Shown in pieces: positions 38,137-47,217 of a stretch of DNA of 64,000 bases. Location: NCBI GenBank assembly GCA_963841435.1, contig CAWJCS010000006.1, positions 544,001-608,000 on the forward strand, in the 5' to 3' direction. The notes below the pieces were generated by a model. It was not told the origin of the DNA. It saw nothing but the letters and a program-made list of their open reading frames with translations, and ran no database searches. The stretch's first letter is position 1. Each line of letters opens with the position of its first letter. The position numbers and the translations under genes are program-made. This stretch comes from an uncultured delta proteobacterium. GTDB lineage: Bacteria; Myxococcota_A; Polyangia; Polyangiales; Polyangiaceae.

Positions 38137-39639
38137 ATGGGACGTTTTCTCGGCATCGACATCGGCTCGCGCGTCGTCAACGTGGCGCTGCTCGACGTGG
38201 GCTACCGTCGGCTATCCGTCGTGGCGCTCGCCGAGGCGGGCGTCGAGGGCGCGCCGTCGCTCGAGGACGTGCTCCGCGCCGTGGCCGGGCCGCTCATGGA
38301 GCACGTGGACGCGATCGGCGTGGCGATCGACGGCGATCTCACGTTCACGCACCGTCTGACGCTGCCGCCCACGGCGCTTCGGCAGATCGACGAGATCCTC
38401 GCGTTCGAGCTCGAGAGCGCGTTACCCGTCGAGCTCGAGGACATCGTGTTCGGCTACCGTGTGCTCAGGCGCAAGGGCCCAAAGGACCCGCTGGTCGTTC
38501 TTGCGGGGGCCGCGCGCACCGAGCACGTGCGCGCCCGCATCGATCTCGTGAAGAAGGCGCTCGGGCGAGAGCCGGACCGTGTCGGGCACGGCGGTATCGC
38601 GCTCTCGAACCTCGCGGGCGTGACGCCCGAGCTAAGGACGACGGAGCCCGTGGCGCTCGTCGACCTCGGCGGCCACCGCACGGAGGTCACCGTGCTCGTC
38701 GACGGGGAAGCCGTGTCTGCGCGCACGCTGTCGCGCGGCGTGAGCAGCCTGCCCGCGGGCGCCCCCCAGCTGGCTGCCGAGCTCCGCCAGTCGCTGCTCG
38801 GCTGGGTTGCCGAGGGTGGCGCCGAGGTGCGCTCGGTGTACCTCGTGGGCGGCGGTGCCCAGGCGAGCGGCGCCGAAACCTACTTCGCGTACGAGCTCGG
38901 CGTCCCCGTGGTGGCCCTGCCGCGGCCGGCGCTCGAGGGCGTCAACCCCGACCAAGTGTCCTCGCTGCCGCGCTTCGCGAAAGCTATCGCGCTCGCGCTC
39001 GGCGCGGCGGGGCGTGGTCACGACATCGACCTCAGGAAGGGGCCGCTCTCCTTCCAGCGGGGCTTCTCGTTTCTCAAGGAGAAGGCCCCGCTTCTCATCG
39101 GGCTCGGCGGCGCGGTGGCGGTGAGCTTCCTGTTCGCGGTGTGGGCGGAGCTTCGCGCCATCGGCAAGGATCTGGACGCCGCGTCGAGTGACCTCGAGCG
39201 GGTCACGGAGCTTGCCTTCGAGCGCCCCACGCGCGACGCGCTCGAAGCGCTCGACATGCTCGAACAGGCCAAAAATCCGCCGGAGAGCGACCCCATGCCG
39301 CGCCTCGACGCCTTCGACGTCATGGTCGAGCTCTCGAAGGCGATCCCGGTTTCCGTCACGAGCGACATCGAAGAGCTCGACATGCAGCGCGGGCACGTGC
39401 GCGTGCAAGGCGTCGTGGGCTCGACCGCCGACGCGTCGCTCGTGCGCGACAAGATCGCCGAAAGCCAATGCGTCGTCGATGCCAAGATCGGCAAGGTCAC
39501 TCAGGTGATCAACGGCACGCGGCAAAAATACGTGCTCGAATACGATTTGAAGTGCCCCGGTGAAGGCGGCACCAAGAAGAAGACGACGGACAAGGCCGGC
39601 GAAGGCACCTCCGAAGACCAGGACAAGGGCGAGCCATGA
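38137..39639 (+). CDS. gspL: GspL (PilM-like actin-fold cytoplasmic domain, TM, periplasmic domain)
   Basis: LGIDIGS, LVDLGG, VYLVGGGA actin-like motifs; TM near residue 320. Follows gspK. Confidence 0.85.
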   Translation: MGRFLGIDIGSRVVNVALLDVGYRRLSVVALAEAGVEGAPSLEDVLRAVAGPLMEHVDAIGVAIDGDLTFTHRLTLPPTALRQIDEILAFELESALPVELEDIVFGYRVLRRKGPKDPLVVLAGAARTEHVRARIDLVKKALGREPDRVGHGGIALSNLAGVTPELRTTEPVALVDLGGHRTEVTVLVDGEAVSARTLSRGVSSLPAGAPQLAAELRQSLLGWVAEGGAEVRSVYLVGGGAQASGAETYFAYELGVPVVALPRPALEGVNPDQVSSLPRFAKAIALALGAAGRGHDIDLRKGPLSFQRGFSFLKEKAPLLIGLGGAVAVSFLFAVWAELRAIGKDLDAASSDLERVTELAFERPTRDALEALDMLEQAKNPPESDPMPRLDAFDVMVELSKAIPVSVTSDIEELDMQRGHVRVQGVVGSTADASLVRDKIAESQCVVDAKIGKVTQVINGTRQKYVLEYDLKCPGEGGTKKKTTDKAGEGTSEDQDKGEP

Positions 39640-40256
39640 CGTTGCGCGAGCGTCTCGAACGACTGGAAGACCGCGAGCGTCGCCTGCTCGGGCTTGCGCT
39701 CGGCGTCGCCCTGCTCGGTGCCGTGCTGATCCCGCCGGCGGCGTTGCTCGCCGTGGTGCACGGGCGTCGCACGGACGTCAACGCCATCCGCGACGCCATC
39801 ACGGCGATCAACGACGACGCAGCGGCCGTCGAGCAGGCCCGCGCGGAAAAAGAAGCGATCACTCAGCGGTACGCACGCCCGGCGCCACAGCTCCAGGCCT
39901 TCCTGGCAAAGCTCGCGGGCGAGTCGGAGGTCGAGATCCCCGAAAGCCAGGACCGACAATCGGTGCCGCGTGGCAAACGTTTCGAGGAGCGGTCAACCAA
40001 GGTGACCTTGCGCAAGATCGGCATGCTCAAGCTCGTGAAGTTCCTCGAGCGCATCGAGCAATCCGGCTACCCCGTCAAGATCTCGCAGATCGACGTGCGC
40101 AAACGCGGCACCGAGCCCGACTCGTACGACGTCGACATGATCGTGAGCGCCTTCGATCGCAAAGCCGAACCCAAGGCCAAGGACGCGCTCGACGGCGGGG
40201 TCGCCACCTCGGGGAGCGCGACCGCGAAGGACGACTCGAGCGAGGACGAAAAGTGA
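39636..40256 (+). CDS. gspM: T2SS protein GspM
   Basis: L.RLEDRERRLL followed by a TM, and LVKFLERIE. Follows gspL. Confidence 0.82.
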   Translation: MTLRERLERLEDRERRLLGLALGVALLGAVLIPPAALLAVVHGRRTDVNAIRDAITAINDDAAAVEQARAEKEAITQRYARPAPQLQAFLAKLAGESEVEIPESQDRQSVPRGKRFEERSTKVTLRKIGMLKLVKFLERIEQSGYPVKISQIDVRKRGTEPDSYDVDMIVSAFDRKAEPKAKDALDGGVATSGSATAKDDSSEDEK

Positions 40257-41230
40257 CCCCGCGCCTGCGCAAGATATTGATCGGGGCCGGGTACGTGGTC
40301 GGATACCTCGTGCTCCTCATGATGTTCTTCTACCTGACGTTTCCGTACGATCGTTTGCGGGAACGCATCGTGAGGGACTTCAACGCACGCCAGACGGGTC
40401 CCGAGCCGATGCGGCTCGAGATCGACTCCATCAGCTCCTACTTTCTGAGTGGCGTGGAAGCGGAGGGGGTGCGGCTCGTCTCGAAGGCCGACGATTCGGC
40501 GCCGAAGGGCCAGAAAACCAAGGTGACGGGCATCGAGCAGGCCCACGCGCGGCTGTCGATCCTGGCGCTCCTCGTGGGGCGCCGCAAAGTGAGCTTCGGC
40601 GCGGACGCGTTCGGGGGCAGCGTCGACGGGACGATGGTCGACTCGGACGAGGAGCGCAACATCGACGTCGAGATCGACGCGGTCGACTTCGGTCAGACCC
40701 CGTTCCTCGCGGGCCTGCTCGGCATCCCGCTCGCGGGCGCGCTTTCCGGGACGATCCACCTCGTGGCGCCCGAGGCGCGGCTGAGTCGCGCCGAGGGCAA
40801 GCTTTCGCTCAAGGTGGCTGGTGTCACCGTGGGTGACGGCAAGGCCAAGATCCGCGACATCATCGCGCTGCCGAAGCTCGAAGCGGGTAACCTCGTCCTC
40901 GAAGCTGAGGTTACGAAAGGCCAGGTCAAGGTCACGGAGCTCAGCGCTCACGGTCCCGATCTCGATCTAACGGCCGACGGTACCATCCGCCTGCGTGATC
41001 AGCCCGATCAGAGCTTTCTGAACCTCTCGGCGGAGTTCAAGTTCACCGATCGCTTCACGAACAAGGATGACATCACGCGCGCCCTGTTCGGAAAATCCGG
41101 CGCTTTCGACCTCGATCCGAAGAACCGGCGCGCCAAGCGTCCCGACGGGTACTACGGCTGGCGCGTCACGGGGTCGCTGTCACGGGCGAACTTCACGCCG
41201 AACCCCGTGGCGCTGCCGAAGAAGAAGTGA
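40253..41230 (+). CDS. gspN: T2SS protein GspN
   Basis: FFYLTFPYDRL N-terminal anchor and beta-rich body. GTGA overlap with gspM; last gene of the cluster. Confidence 0.85.
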   Translation: MTPRLRKILIGAGYVVGYLVLLMMFFYLTFPYDRLRERIVRDFNARQTGPEPMRLEIDSISSYFLSGVEAEGVRLVSKADDSAPKGQKTKVTGIEQAHARLSILALLVGRRKVSFGADAFGGSVDGTMVDSDEERNIDVEIDAVDFGQTPFLAGLLGIPLAGALSGTIHLVAPEARLSRAEGKLSLKVAGVTVGDGKAKIRDIIALPKLEAGNLVLEAEVTKGQVKVTELSAHGPDLDLTADGTIRLRDQPDQSFLNLSAEFKFTDRFTNKDDITRALFGKSGAFDLDPKNRRAKRPDGYYGWRVTGSLSRANFTPNPVALPKKK

Positions 41231-41297
41231 GGCCGAGAACCGCGGCTTGGCCGTCTCCGGCGCGCGTGGCGACGCAGGGCCTGCTCGCCCCGCCGGC

Positions 41298-44200
41298 TCA
41301 CGAATCGACGGCAATCTGCAGCTGTTGCCGCAAGTCGAAGTACGCCGGGCTCACGCTGAACAGCACGAGCTCCTGGAAGCGTTCCTGCTGAGACACGGCC
41401 GCCGACGCCTCGTCCGTCGCGCGGATGACGGCGACGGCCTGTTCGAGGTCGTGGCAGAGCAAGAAACCAGCGCGGTCCGCCGTCAGATCGATGCCGCCGC
41501 TCCAGCGTTTGAGGTCGAGTGCCGTGCCGGACTGCAAGAGCTTGGAGACCACGCGCGTCAGCTGGTCGCGCGCCGGGCCCTGGATGCCGGCGTCGAGCGC
41601 CCGCATCGCTTCGGCCACGGCCCCCGCGAGCTCGGCCGCGACGGGGAAGTGCGGCGCCGTGAGCTTGATCGCGGCGAAAAGCCAGGACTTTAGCGCCGTG
41701 CCCGTCGCGAGTACGTGGCGTACGTAGCTTCCGGGTCGCATGAACGCAAGCTTCTGTCCGGCGATGAATGCCGCGGGGCGTAGCGGAACGTCGGAGCGTA
41801 GCGCGGTCGCGCCCAGCGTGAGGGCGGGCTCGCGCGCGAACAAGAAGCCGAGCCCACCGGGGTCGTTCGGGTTCTCGAACACGGGCGGCGGTTGCATGCC
41901 GAACACGCCCGCCGCGTAGAACAGGCTCTGGCACACGGGCGCCGGGTGCGTCGCGAGCTCCACGGTGAAACGCGCGTCGTAGCCGAGCTCGCCGAGGTCC
42001 TGACCACGCTTGGCGACGACGGCCGGCTCGATCAGAGCGAACACGGCCGTGAGCAGCGGATCCGCGTCGGGGTGCATGAGCAAGCTCAGCCAGTCGTCGT
42101 CGCTCAGCACGGCCTGGGCGGCGGCGGCCGTTTCCGAGCGCATGCGCTTGTAGAAACGCTCCTCGTCGGGCTCGGCGAGCTTGAGCACGGTGAGCGCCTG
42201 GCACAGGCACCATGCGGCGTCGGCGCGCCGCGTTTCCGTGTAGAGGCGCCGGAGCGTCCGGTACGACTCGTGGCGGAACGGATTCTGCTTGAGCAGGATG
42301 GCCTGGGTCGCGACGGCCTTGTCGAGGTAGCGCTCGGGCGCCGTGGCGTAGAGCGTGCTCAGACGTTCGGCTCGCTCGCGGTTCTCCGGGTCGAGTGTCT
42401 GTGCAGCCTCGTAGGCGTCGATCGCCTTGTCGACCCAGCCGAGCTTGTGCTCGTAGAGCTCGCCGAGACGGTTGAAGGCGCTCAGCATCGCGGCCTGGTC
42501 GTCGTTCTGCGTGGCGCGCTCGAGCATCTTCTGCACGAGCTTTTCGACCCCCTCGTGATCACCACGGTCCGAGTAAAGGTCCGCCGCCTCGTTCATGGCG
42601 CGCTCGAAGCCGGGGTCGAGCGCGAGCACCTGCTCGTAGAACTCGAGCGCGCGGCCCGTGTCGCCTATCTGCATGGCCGTGACGATGGCGGCCGTGTGCA
42701 GGTATTTGACGCGTTGCTTCGGGTCCTCGACGAAGTCGGCGAGCCGCACGACGACGTCGACGAGCTTGTTCCAGTCCTTCTCCTCGCTGTAAAGCTGCAT
42801 CAGCTTGGCGAGGATGCGGCGGTCGTCGGGGCGCTCCTCCAGCGCGGCGACGAAGCTCTTGGCGGCCTGCGTGCGGTCGTTGAGGTTGGTCGAGGCGATC
42901 TCGCCGACATCCAGCAGGAGCTGCACGCGCGCATCGCCCTCGGCGATATCGAGGTGCCGCGTCTTGACCCGGATGGCGTCCTCCCAGAGCTCGAGCGTCG
43001 TGTAGACCTGCTCGAGGGCCGAGAGTGGCTCGGCACTCTGCGGGTCGAGGTCCGCGGCTTCCTCGAGCGGTGGTATGGCGGCTCGGAGATTGCCCGAGCG
43101 CCTGAGCGCCTCGCCACTGCGATAGTGCGCGAGGAAACGGTCCTTGATCTCGAGCGACCCGCCGAAACGCGAAAGCAGCGTCTCGTAGAGCTCCGCCGCG
43201 CGCGCGGGCGAGCCGTGCTCGAAGGTGACCTGGGCCACGCGAGCGAGCGCTTGCGGGTCGTCCGGCGCGAGGCGGAGCAGCGTGTCCATCGGGACGAGCG
43301 CCTGCTCGGTGGAGCCCGAGAGCGCGAGCGCGTCGACGTAATTGATCAACATGCGCGCGGCCTGGGCCTTGTCGAGGGACTCCGCTCGACCGGCGATGAC
43401 CTCGTAGTGTTTGGCCGCTTCGAGGTAGCGCTTGTCCTCGAGCGCAAGGTCGCCGAGCACGAGTAGCGCGTCGAGGTTCGTCGGGTCGAGCTTTGCGGCG
43501 CGCTTCGCGGCCTCCTCGGCGCGCTTTGGGTCCTTGAGGTTGGAGGCGTACAGCGTGGCGCTCTGACCGATGAGCTTCGCCTTGGCGATGTCGCCCTCGG
43601 TGTGCTCGACCGCACGCTCGAGCAGCTGGATGGCGGCGTTGACGTCGCCGCGCGCGACGTAAGCCTCGCGCAGGGCTGCTGCCGTGCCGAGGTCGCGTGG
43701 GTTGGCGTCGAGCGCTTGTTTGTAGCGTTCGACTGCCGCGTCGCGGTCGCCACGCGACTCGAGCAAGCGAGCGGCGCGCACGAACTGCTCGGCGCGCGCC
43801 TCGGGCGTCGTTGCCTTGGCCGCGAGCGCGTCGATCGCCGAAAGCGCGGCGTCGGCGTCGCCGGCCGATTCACGCAGCCGAGCGAGCGCTTCGAGCGCTT
43901 GCGGGTGCTGGGGTTCGAGCGCCAGCGCTTCCTCGTACGCACGGAGCGCGCGATCGGGTGACGCGAGGCGCTCGGCGAGCAGGCGCGCGCGTTGCAGGAT
44001 CAGCGCGAGGCGCCGCAGCGGCTCGGCGATCAGCCGCTCGTGCTTCTCGTAGAGCTCGACGGCATCCTCCCAGCGCTCGAGCGCGCGGTAGTGACGTGCG
44101 AGGCCCGAGAGCGCGCCCTCGTGAGTCGGATCGAGCGACAGCACCTGCTCGAGCGCGTGAGCCGCCCTGTCGTGGTCGAGGAACTCTTCCTCGTGGATCG

Positions 44201-46598
44201 CCGCGATGCGCTCCCACAGCGCGATCTTCTGCCGCGGCGTTGCGGCCGCGGCGATCTGCAGGTCCAGGTTGACGAGCAGATCCTGGAAGCGGCCCGCCTT
44301 GCTATAGAGCCGATCGAGTCCGCGTAGCGCGTCAAGGCTTCGCGGATCGATGTCGAGCGCAGCCTGTAGACGGCGCTCGGCCTCGGCGTCGTCGCCCAGC
44401 TTGAGCTCGAACAGCTCGGCGATACGGCAGAGCGTCTTGACCTTGTCCTCACCGCGCTGCGCATCGGCGCGCCGCTCGAGGATCTTGACGAGCGCGCCGT
44501 GGTCGCCGGCCCGTTCGCAGAGCCGGACGAGCTGATTGCTCGCCGCGACGTGGCCCGGGTCCTCCGCGAGGATCGCCTCGACCATCGAGCGCGATGCCGC
44601 GGGGTCTCCGAGGTAGAGCTCGAGCAGCTCGGCGGCCTCGGCGCGGTAGTCGCGCGCAAGCGCGGGGCTCGGCGAAGCGTCGGCCCGTCGCGTGAGCACG
44701 CCGCCGAGCTCCGCCCACTGCTGAGCCTTCTGGTAGATTTTCGCCATGCCTTCTAGCGCGGCGTCGTTGGCGGGGTCGGCGGCAACGACGGCCTGGTAGC
44801 AGGGCAGGGCGAGATCGAGACGATTCAGCCGCTCGGCGTACCAGCGGCCCGCACGGAGAAAGAGCGCGGCGCGCTCCTCGGCCGAAAGCTCCACGTTCTG
44901 CGCGGACTCGGTGGCGCTCGAGAGCACCTCGGCCCACGCCTCCTCGCGCGAGCCGGCGAGCCGCTCGATCTCGGACGCTATCGAGTCTTGCTGCGGATCC
45001 TCGCAGATGGCCTGCGTGAACGCAACGAGCGCCTGGTCGCGGTCCTTGATGTCCTGCGCGTAGATGCGGCCGATCTCCGCGTACACGCGCGCACGCTCGA
45101 CACGCGTGGGGGCTCGCTCGCTGCGCCCGAGCAAGGTCTCGATGAGCTCCTCGAACTTGCCTTGCCGGCGTCGCACGTCCTCGAGGCCACCGAACGCGAT
45201 CCGATCCTCGGGATCGAGCTCGATCAGCTCCTCGTAGAGCGCTTCGGCGGCAGGCAGCGTATCGCGCCGCGCGGCCAGAACGCGGGCGGCGCGAAACAGC
45301 AGCGATTTTCGCGTGGCGAGCTCCTCGGGCGGCAACCCCCGCGCGATCTCGAGGAACGCCTGCGAGATGCGCTCGGGGGCGCCCTCGGCGGCCGACTCGA
45401 GCTGCAGCGCGCAGCTCTCGTCCGCAGGGTCCGCCGCGAGCCGCTGCAGCAGGGCATCGACCTCTTCCCCCGACATCGGGGGCATGATGCTCATCGTGCG
45501 TTGCGCGTGGTCGAGGGTGTCGAGCACGGTCCGCGCGTCCGCTGGTCGCATGCCCGGGTCCTTGTGGAGCAGGTTGCTCAAGAGGTCGTCGAGCTCGGGG
45601 GGGACCCAGCCGCGCGGGGCCACGGAGCTCGCGAGGGGCGGTTCGCGCGTGAGGTGCCCGAAGGCCGTGTCGAGTGCCGACCCGTTGAACGGCGGCACGC
45701 CCGTCAAGAGCTCGAAGGCCATGGCCCCGAAGGAATAGACGTCACTCTTGGGGTCGGATTCGAGGCCGCGGATCTGCTCCGGGGCCGCCGTTTTCACGGA
45801 CGCCGAGGTCGAGAACAGCTCCGCGCGATCGTTGCCGATGCGCGGGCGAACGCGCAGCCGGTCGGAGCCGGCGTCGAGTAGGACGACGCGCAGCGCGCCC
45901 TCTGCGGTGCGGAGCGCGACCACGTTCTCGAGCCGGAGGTCGCCGTGCGCGATACGCCGCGCGTGGAGGGCAGCGAGGCCCTCGAGCACCGCGCGCAACA
46001 GGGGCCGAGCGTCGTTCACGTGCAGCGGTCCCGTGCGCGCGATGCGCTCGGCCAGCGTCTCGCCTTCGACGAGCTCGTGGGCGACGTAGTACCGCCCGTC
46101 GATGGTTCCCGACTCGAGCTCGTGGGGGAGGTAGTCGTGCTCGATCTGGCCGATCAGGCGGTTGGCCGTGAGAAAACGCTGGAGCCCGCGACGATCGCGG
46201 GCCGCTTCGTGGCGTAAGAGGCGCACGCGGAAGGTCTGGTGCCCGCGCGTGGCGGCGTAGACGATGGCCGAGCGGCCTTCGCCGAGCTTTTCGGTGAGGG
46301 CGAACGGGCCGAGCTGCGCGCCGACGGGCAGGGCATCTTCGCGAGTCACTCCTCGGGTGCGAAGCTCGGCAATCTCCGGGCTCGAGTCGGGCCGCAGCGC
46401 GAGGAGCACGTCACAGAGCGCCTCGACGGCGTCCTGCTCCGCCGCGTAGCTCGATAGGGCGCCTGCAAAGGAAGCCTTGGCGGCCGTGCCGCCCACGACG
46501 TCCGGGTCGAAGCCCAGAAGGTCACGGCATAGGTGTAAGAGTTCCTCTAGCTCGAAGGACCTTTCGAGCTCCGCCCGCAGGAGTTCCGTCTCGATCAT
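41298..46598 (-). CDS. Giant multidomain protein: EAD-like N-terminus, Ser/Thr kinase-like (probable pseudokinase) domain, long TPR array, myxobacterial C-terminal domain
   Basis: Kinase subdomains LGEG..AIVY, HGDLRLENV, LLDAG, APEQ, SDVYSFG...ELLTG.PPF, RP. Many TPR-like repeats. C-terminal DL.RW....DLTADRAG.LLC.DL motif. Confidence 0.88.
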   Translation of the reverse strand: MIETELLRAELERSFELEELLHLCRDLLGFDPDVVGGTAAKASFAGALSSYAAEQDAVEALCDVLLALRPDSSPEIAELRTRGVTREDALPVGAQLGPFALTEKLGEGRSAIVYAATRGHQTFRVRLLRHEAARDRRGLQRFLTANRLIGQIEHDYLPHELESGTIDGRYYVAHELVEGETLAERIARTGPLHVNDARPLLRAVLEGLAALHARRIAHGDLRLENVVALRTAEGALRVVLLDAGSDRLRVRPRIGNDRAELFSTSASVKTAAPEQIRGLESDPKSDVYSFGAMAFELLTGVPPFNGSALDTAFGHLTREPPLASSVAPRGWVPPELDDLLSNLLHKDPGMRPADARTVLDTLDHAQRTMSIMPPMSGEEVDALLQRLAADPADESCALQLESAAEGAPERISQAFLEIARGLPPEELATRKSLLFRAARVLAARRDTLPAAEALYEELIELDPEDRIAFGGLEDVRRRQGKFEELIETLLGRSERAPTRVERARVYAEIGRIYAQDIKDRDQALVAFTQAICEDPQQDSIASEIERLAGSREEAWAEVLSSATESAQNVELSAEERAALFLRAGRWYAERLNRLDLALPCYQAVVAADPANDAALEGMAKIYQKAQQWAELGGVLTRRADASPSPALARDYRAEAAELLELYLGDPAASRSMVEAILAEDPGHVAASNQLVRLCERAGDHGALVKILERRADAQRGEDKVKTLCRIAELFELKLGDDAEAERRLQAALDIDPRSLDALRGLDRLYSKAGRFQDLLVNLDLQIAAAATPRQKIALWERIAAIHEEEFLDHDRAAHALEQVLSLDPTHEGALSGLARHYRALERWEDAVELYEKHERLIAEPLRRLALILQRARLLAERLASPDRALRAYEEALALEPQHPQALEALARLRESAGDADAALSAIDALAAKATTPEARAEQFVRAARLLESRGDRDAAVERYKQALDANPRDLGTAAALREAYVARGDVNAAIQLLERAVEHTEGDIAKAKLIGQSATLYASNLKDPKRAEEAAKRAAKLDPTNLDALLVLGDLALEDKRYLEAAKHYEVIAGRAESLDKAQAARMLINYVDALALSGSTEQALVPMDTLLRLAPDDPQALARVAQVTFEHGSPARAAELYETLLSRFGGSLEIKDRFLAHYRSGEALRRSGNLRAAIPPLEEAADLDPQSAEPLSALEQVYTTLELWEDAIRVKTRHLDIAEGDARVQLLLDVGEIASTNLNDRTQAAKSFVAALEERPDDRRILAKLMQLYSEEKDWNKLVDVVVRLADFVEDPKQRVKYLHTAAIVTAMQIGDTGRALEFYEQVLALDPGFERAMNEAADLYSDRGDHEGVEKLVQKMLERATQNDDQAAMLSAFNRLGELYEHKLGWVDKAIDAYEAAQTLDPENRERAERLSTLYATAPERYLDKAVATQAILLKQNPFRHESYRTLRRLYTETRRADAAWCLCQALTVLKLAEPDEERFYKRMRSETAAAAQAVLSDDDWLSLLMHPDADPLLTAVFALIEPAVVAKRGQDLGELGYDARFTVELATHPAPVCQSLFYAAGVFGMQPPPVFENPNDPGGLGFLFAREPALTLGATALRSDVPLRPAAFIAGQKLAFMRPGSYVRHVLATGTALKSWLFAAIKLTAPHFPVAAELAGAVAEAMRALDAGIQGPARDQLTRVVSKLLQSGTALDLKRWSGGIDLTADRAGFLLCHDLEQAVAVIRATDEASAAVSQQERFQELVLFSVSPAYFDLRQQLQIAVDS

Positions 46599-46833
46599 CG
46601 CTCGCCGTCGTCCGTCTTCGCCGTGGCCGCCCCCGGCTGCCGGGCAGGGGGCCGGCCGCTCGGCAGGGAGTAGGACGATAGCCGGCTCCCCGCTCCGCCG
46701 CTGCAAAAATCCTCCCAAGTCCGCGAAAGTCTGGACGAAATTTTGGAGCCAGACAGGACCTCCGGCCGCGACGCAAAGGGACGCAACGGATGGTCCTTTG
46801 GCCAGCCCACGGGGCCCGTGCGAAGGTCGCCCC

Positions 46834-47133
46834 GTGCCGCGCCCCCGCGCCGCTCTCTACCAACGGGCCCTTCCGCTCCTCGTGATCGCGACGGCGGCGG
46901 TGGCGGTTCCGGTGATGATTGTCTCGCCACGGGGGCTCGACCGGCTGAACGCGCTCCGCGAAGAGCGGTCGCGAGCCGACGGCGAGGTGCGGCGGCTCAC
47001 GCGGGAGATCGACCGGCTGCGCGCCGAGGTGGCCCGGATCAAGGACGATCCCGCGGCGATCGAGCGTGTGGCGCGCGACGAGATCGGGCTCGTGCGGCAG
47101 ACCGAGGTCGTGTTCCAGTTCCGGCCGCAATAG
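46834..47133 (+). CDS. ftsB: FtsB/DivIC septum formation initiator
   Basis: TM plus coiled coil and DPAAIERVARDEIGLVRQTEVVFQF. GTG start at 46834. Confidence 0.88.
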   Translation: MPRPRAALYQRALPLLVIATAAVAVPVMIVSPRGLDRLNALREERSRADGEVRRLTREIDRLRAEVARIKDDPAAIERVARDEIGLVRQTEVVFQFRPQ

Positions 47134-47217
47134 GCCCGGATGGGTCGGGACCGCGGGCGCCCGGGCCCGGGGTCGCGCGCGCCGCCAAGTTAGCTTCGCC
47201 CGAGATTCGCGGGTACG

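Noticed and set aside
27214-41230. Calling the cluster type IV pilus or Tad/Kil
   Set aside because: GspC-PDZ, GspK, GspN and the C-to-N gene order indicate a T2SS. There is no PilT or Flp/Cpa gene.
46702-46718. Possible minus-strand sigma54 site (TGGGAGG-ATTT-TTGCA) upstream of the giant TPR gene
   Set aside because: GG-N10-GC spacing fits, but the -24 element deviates from TGGCAC and no enhancer boxes are seen.
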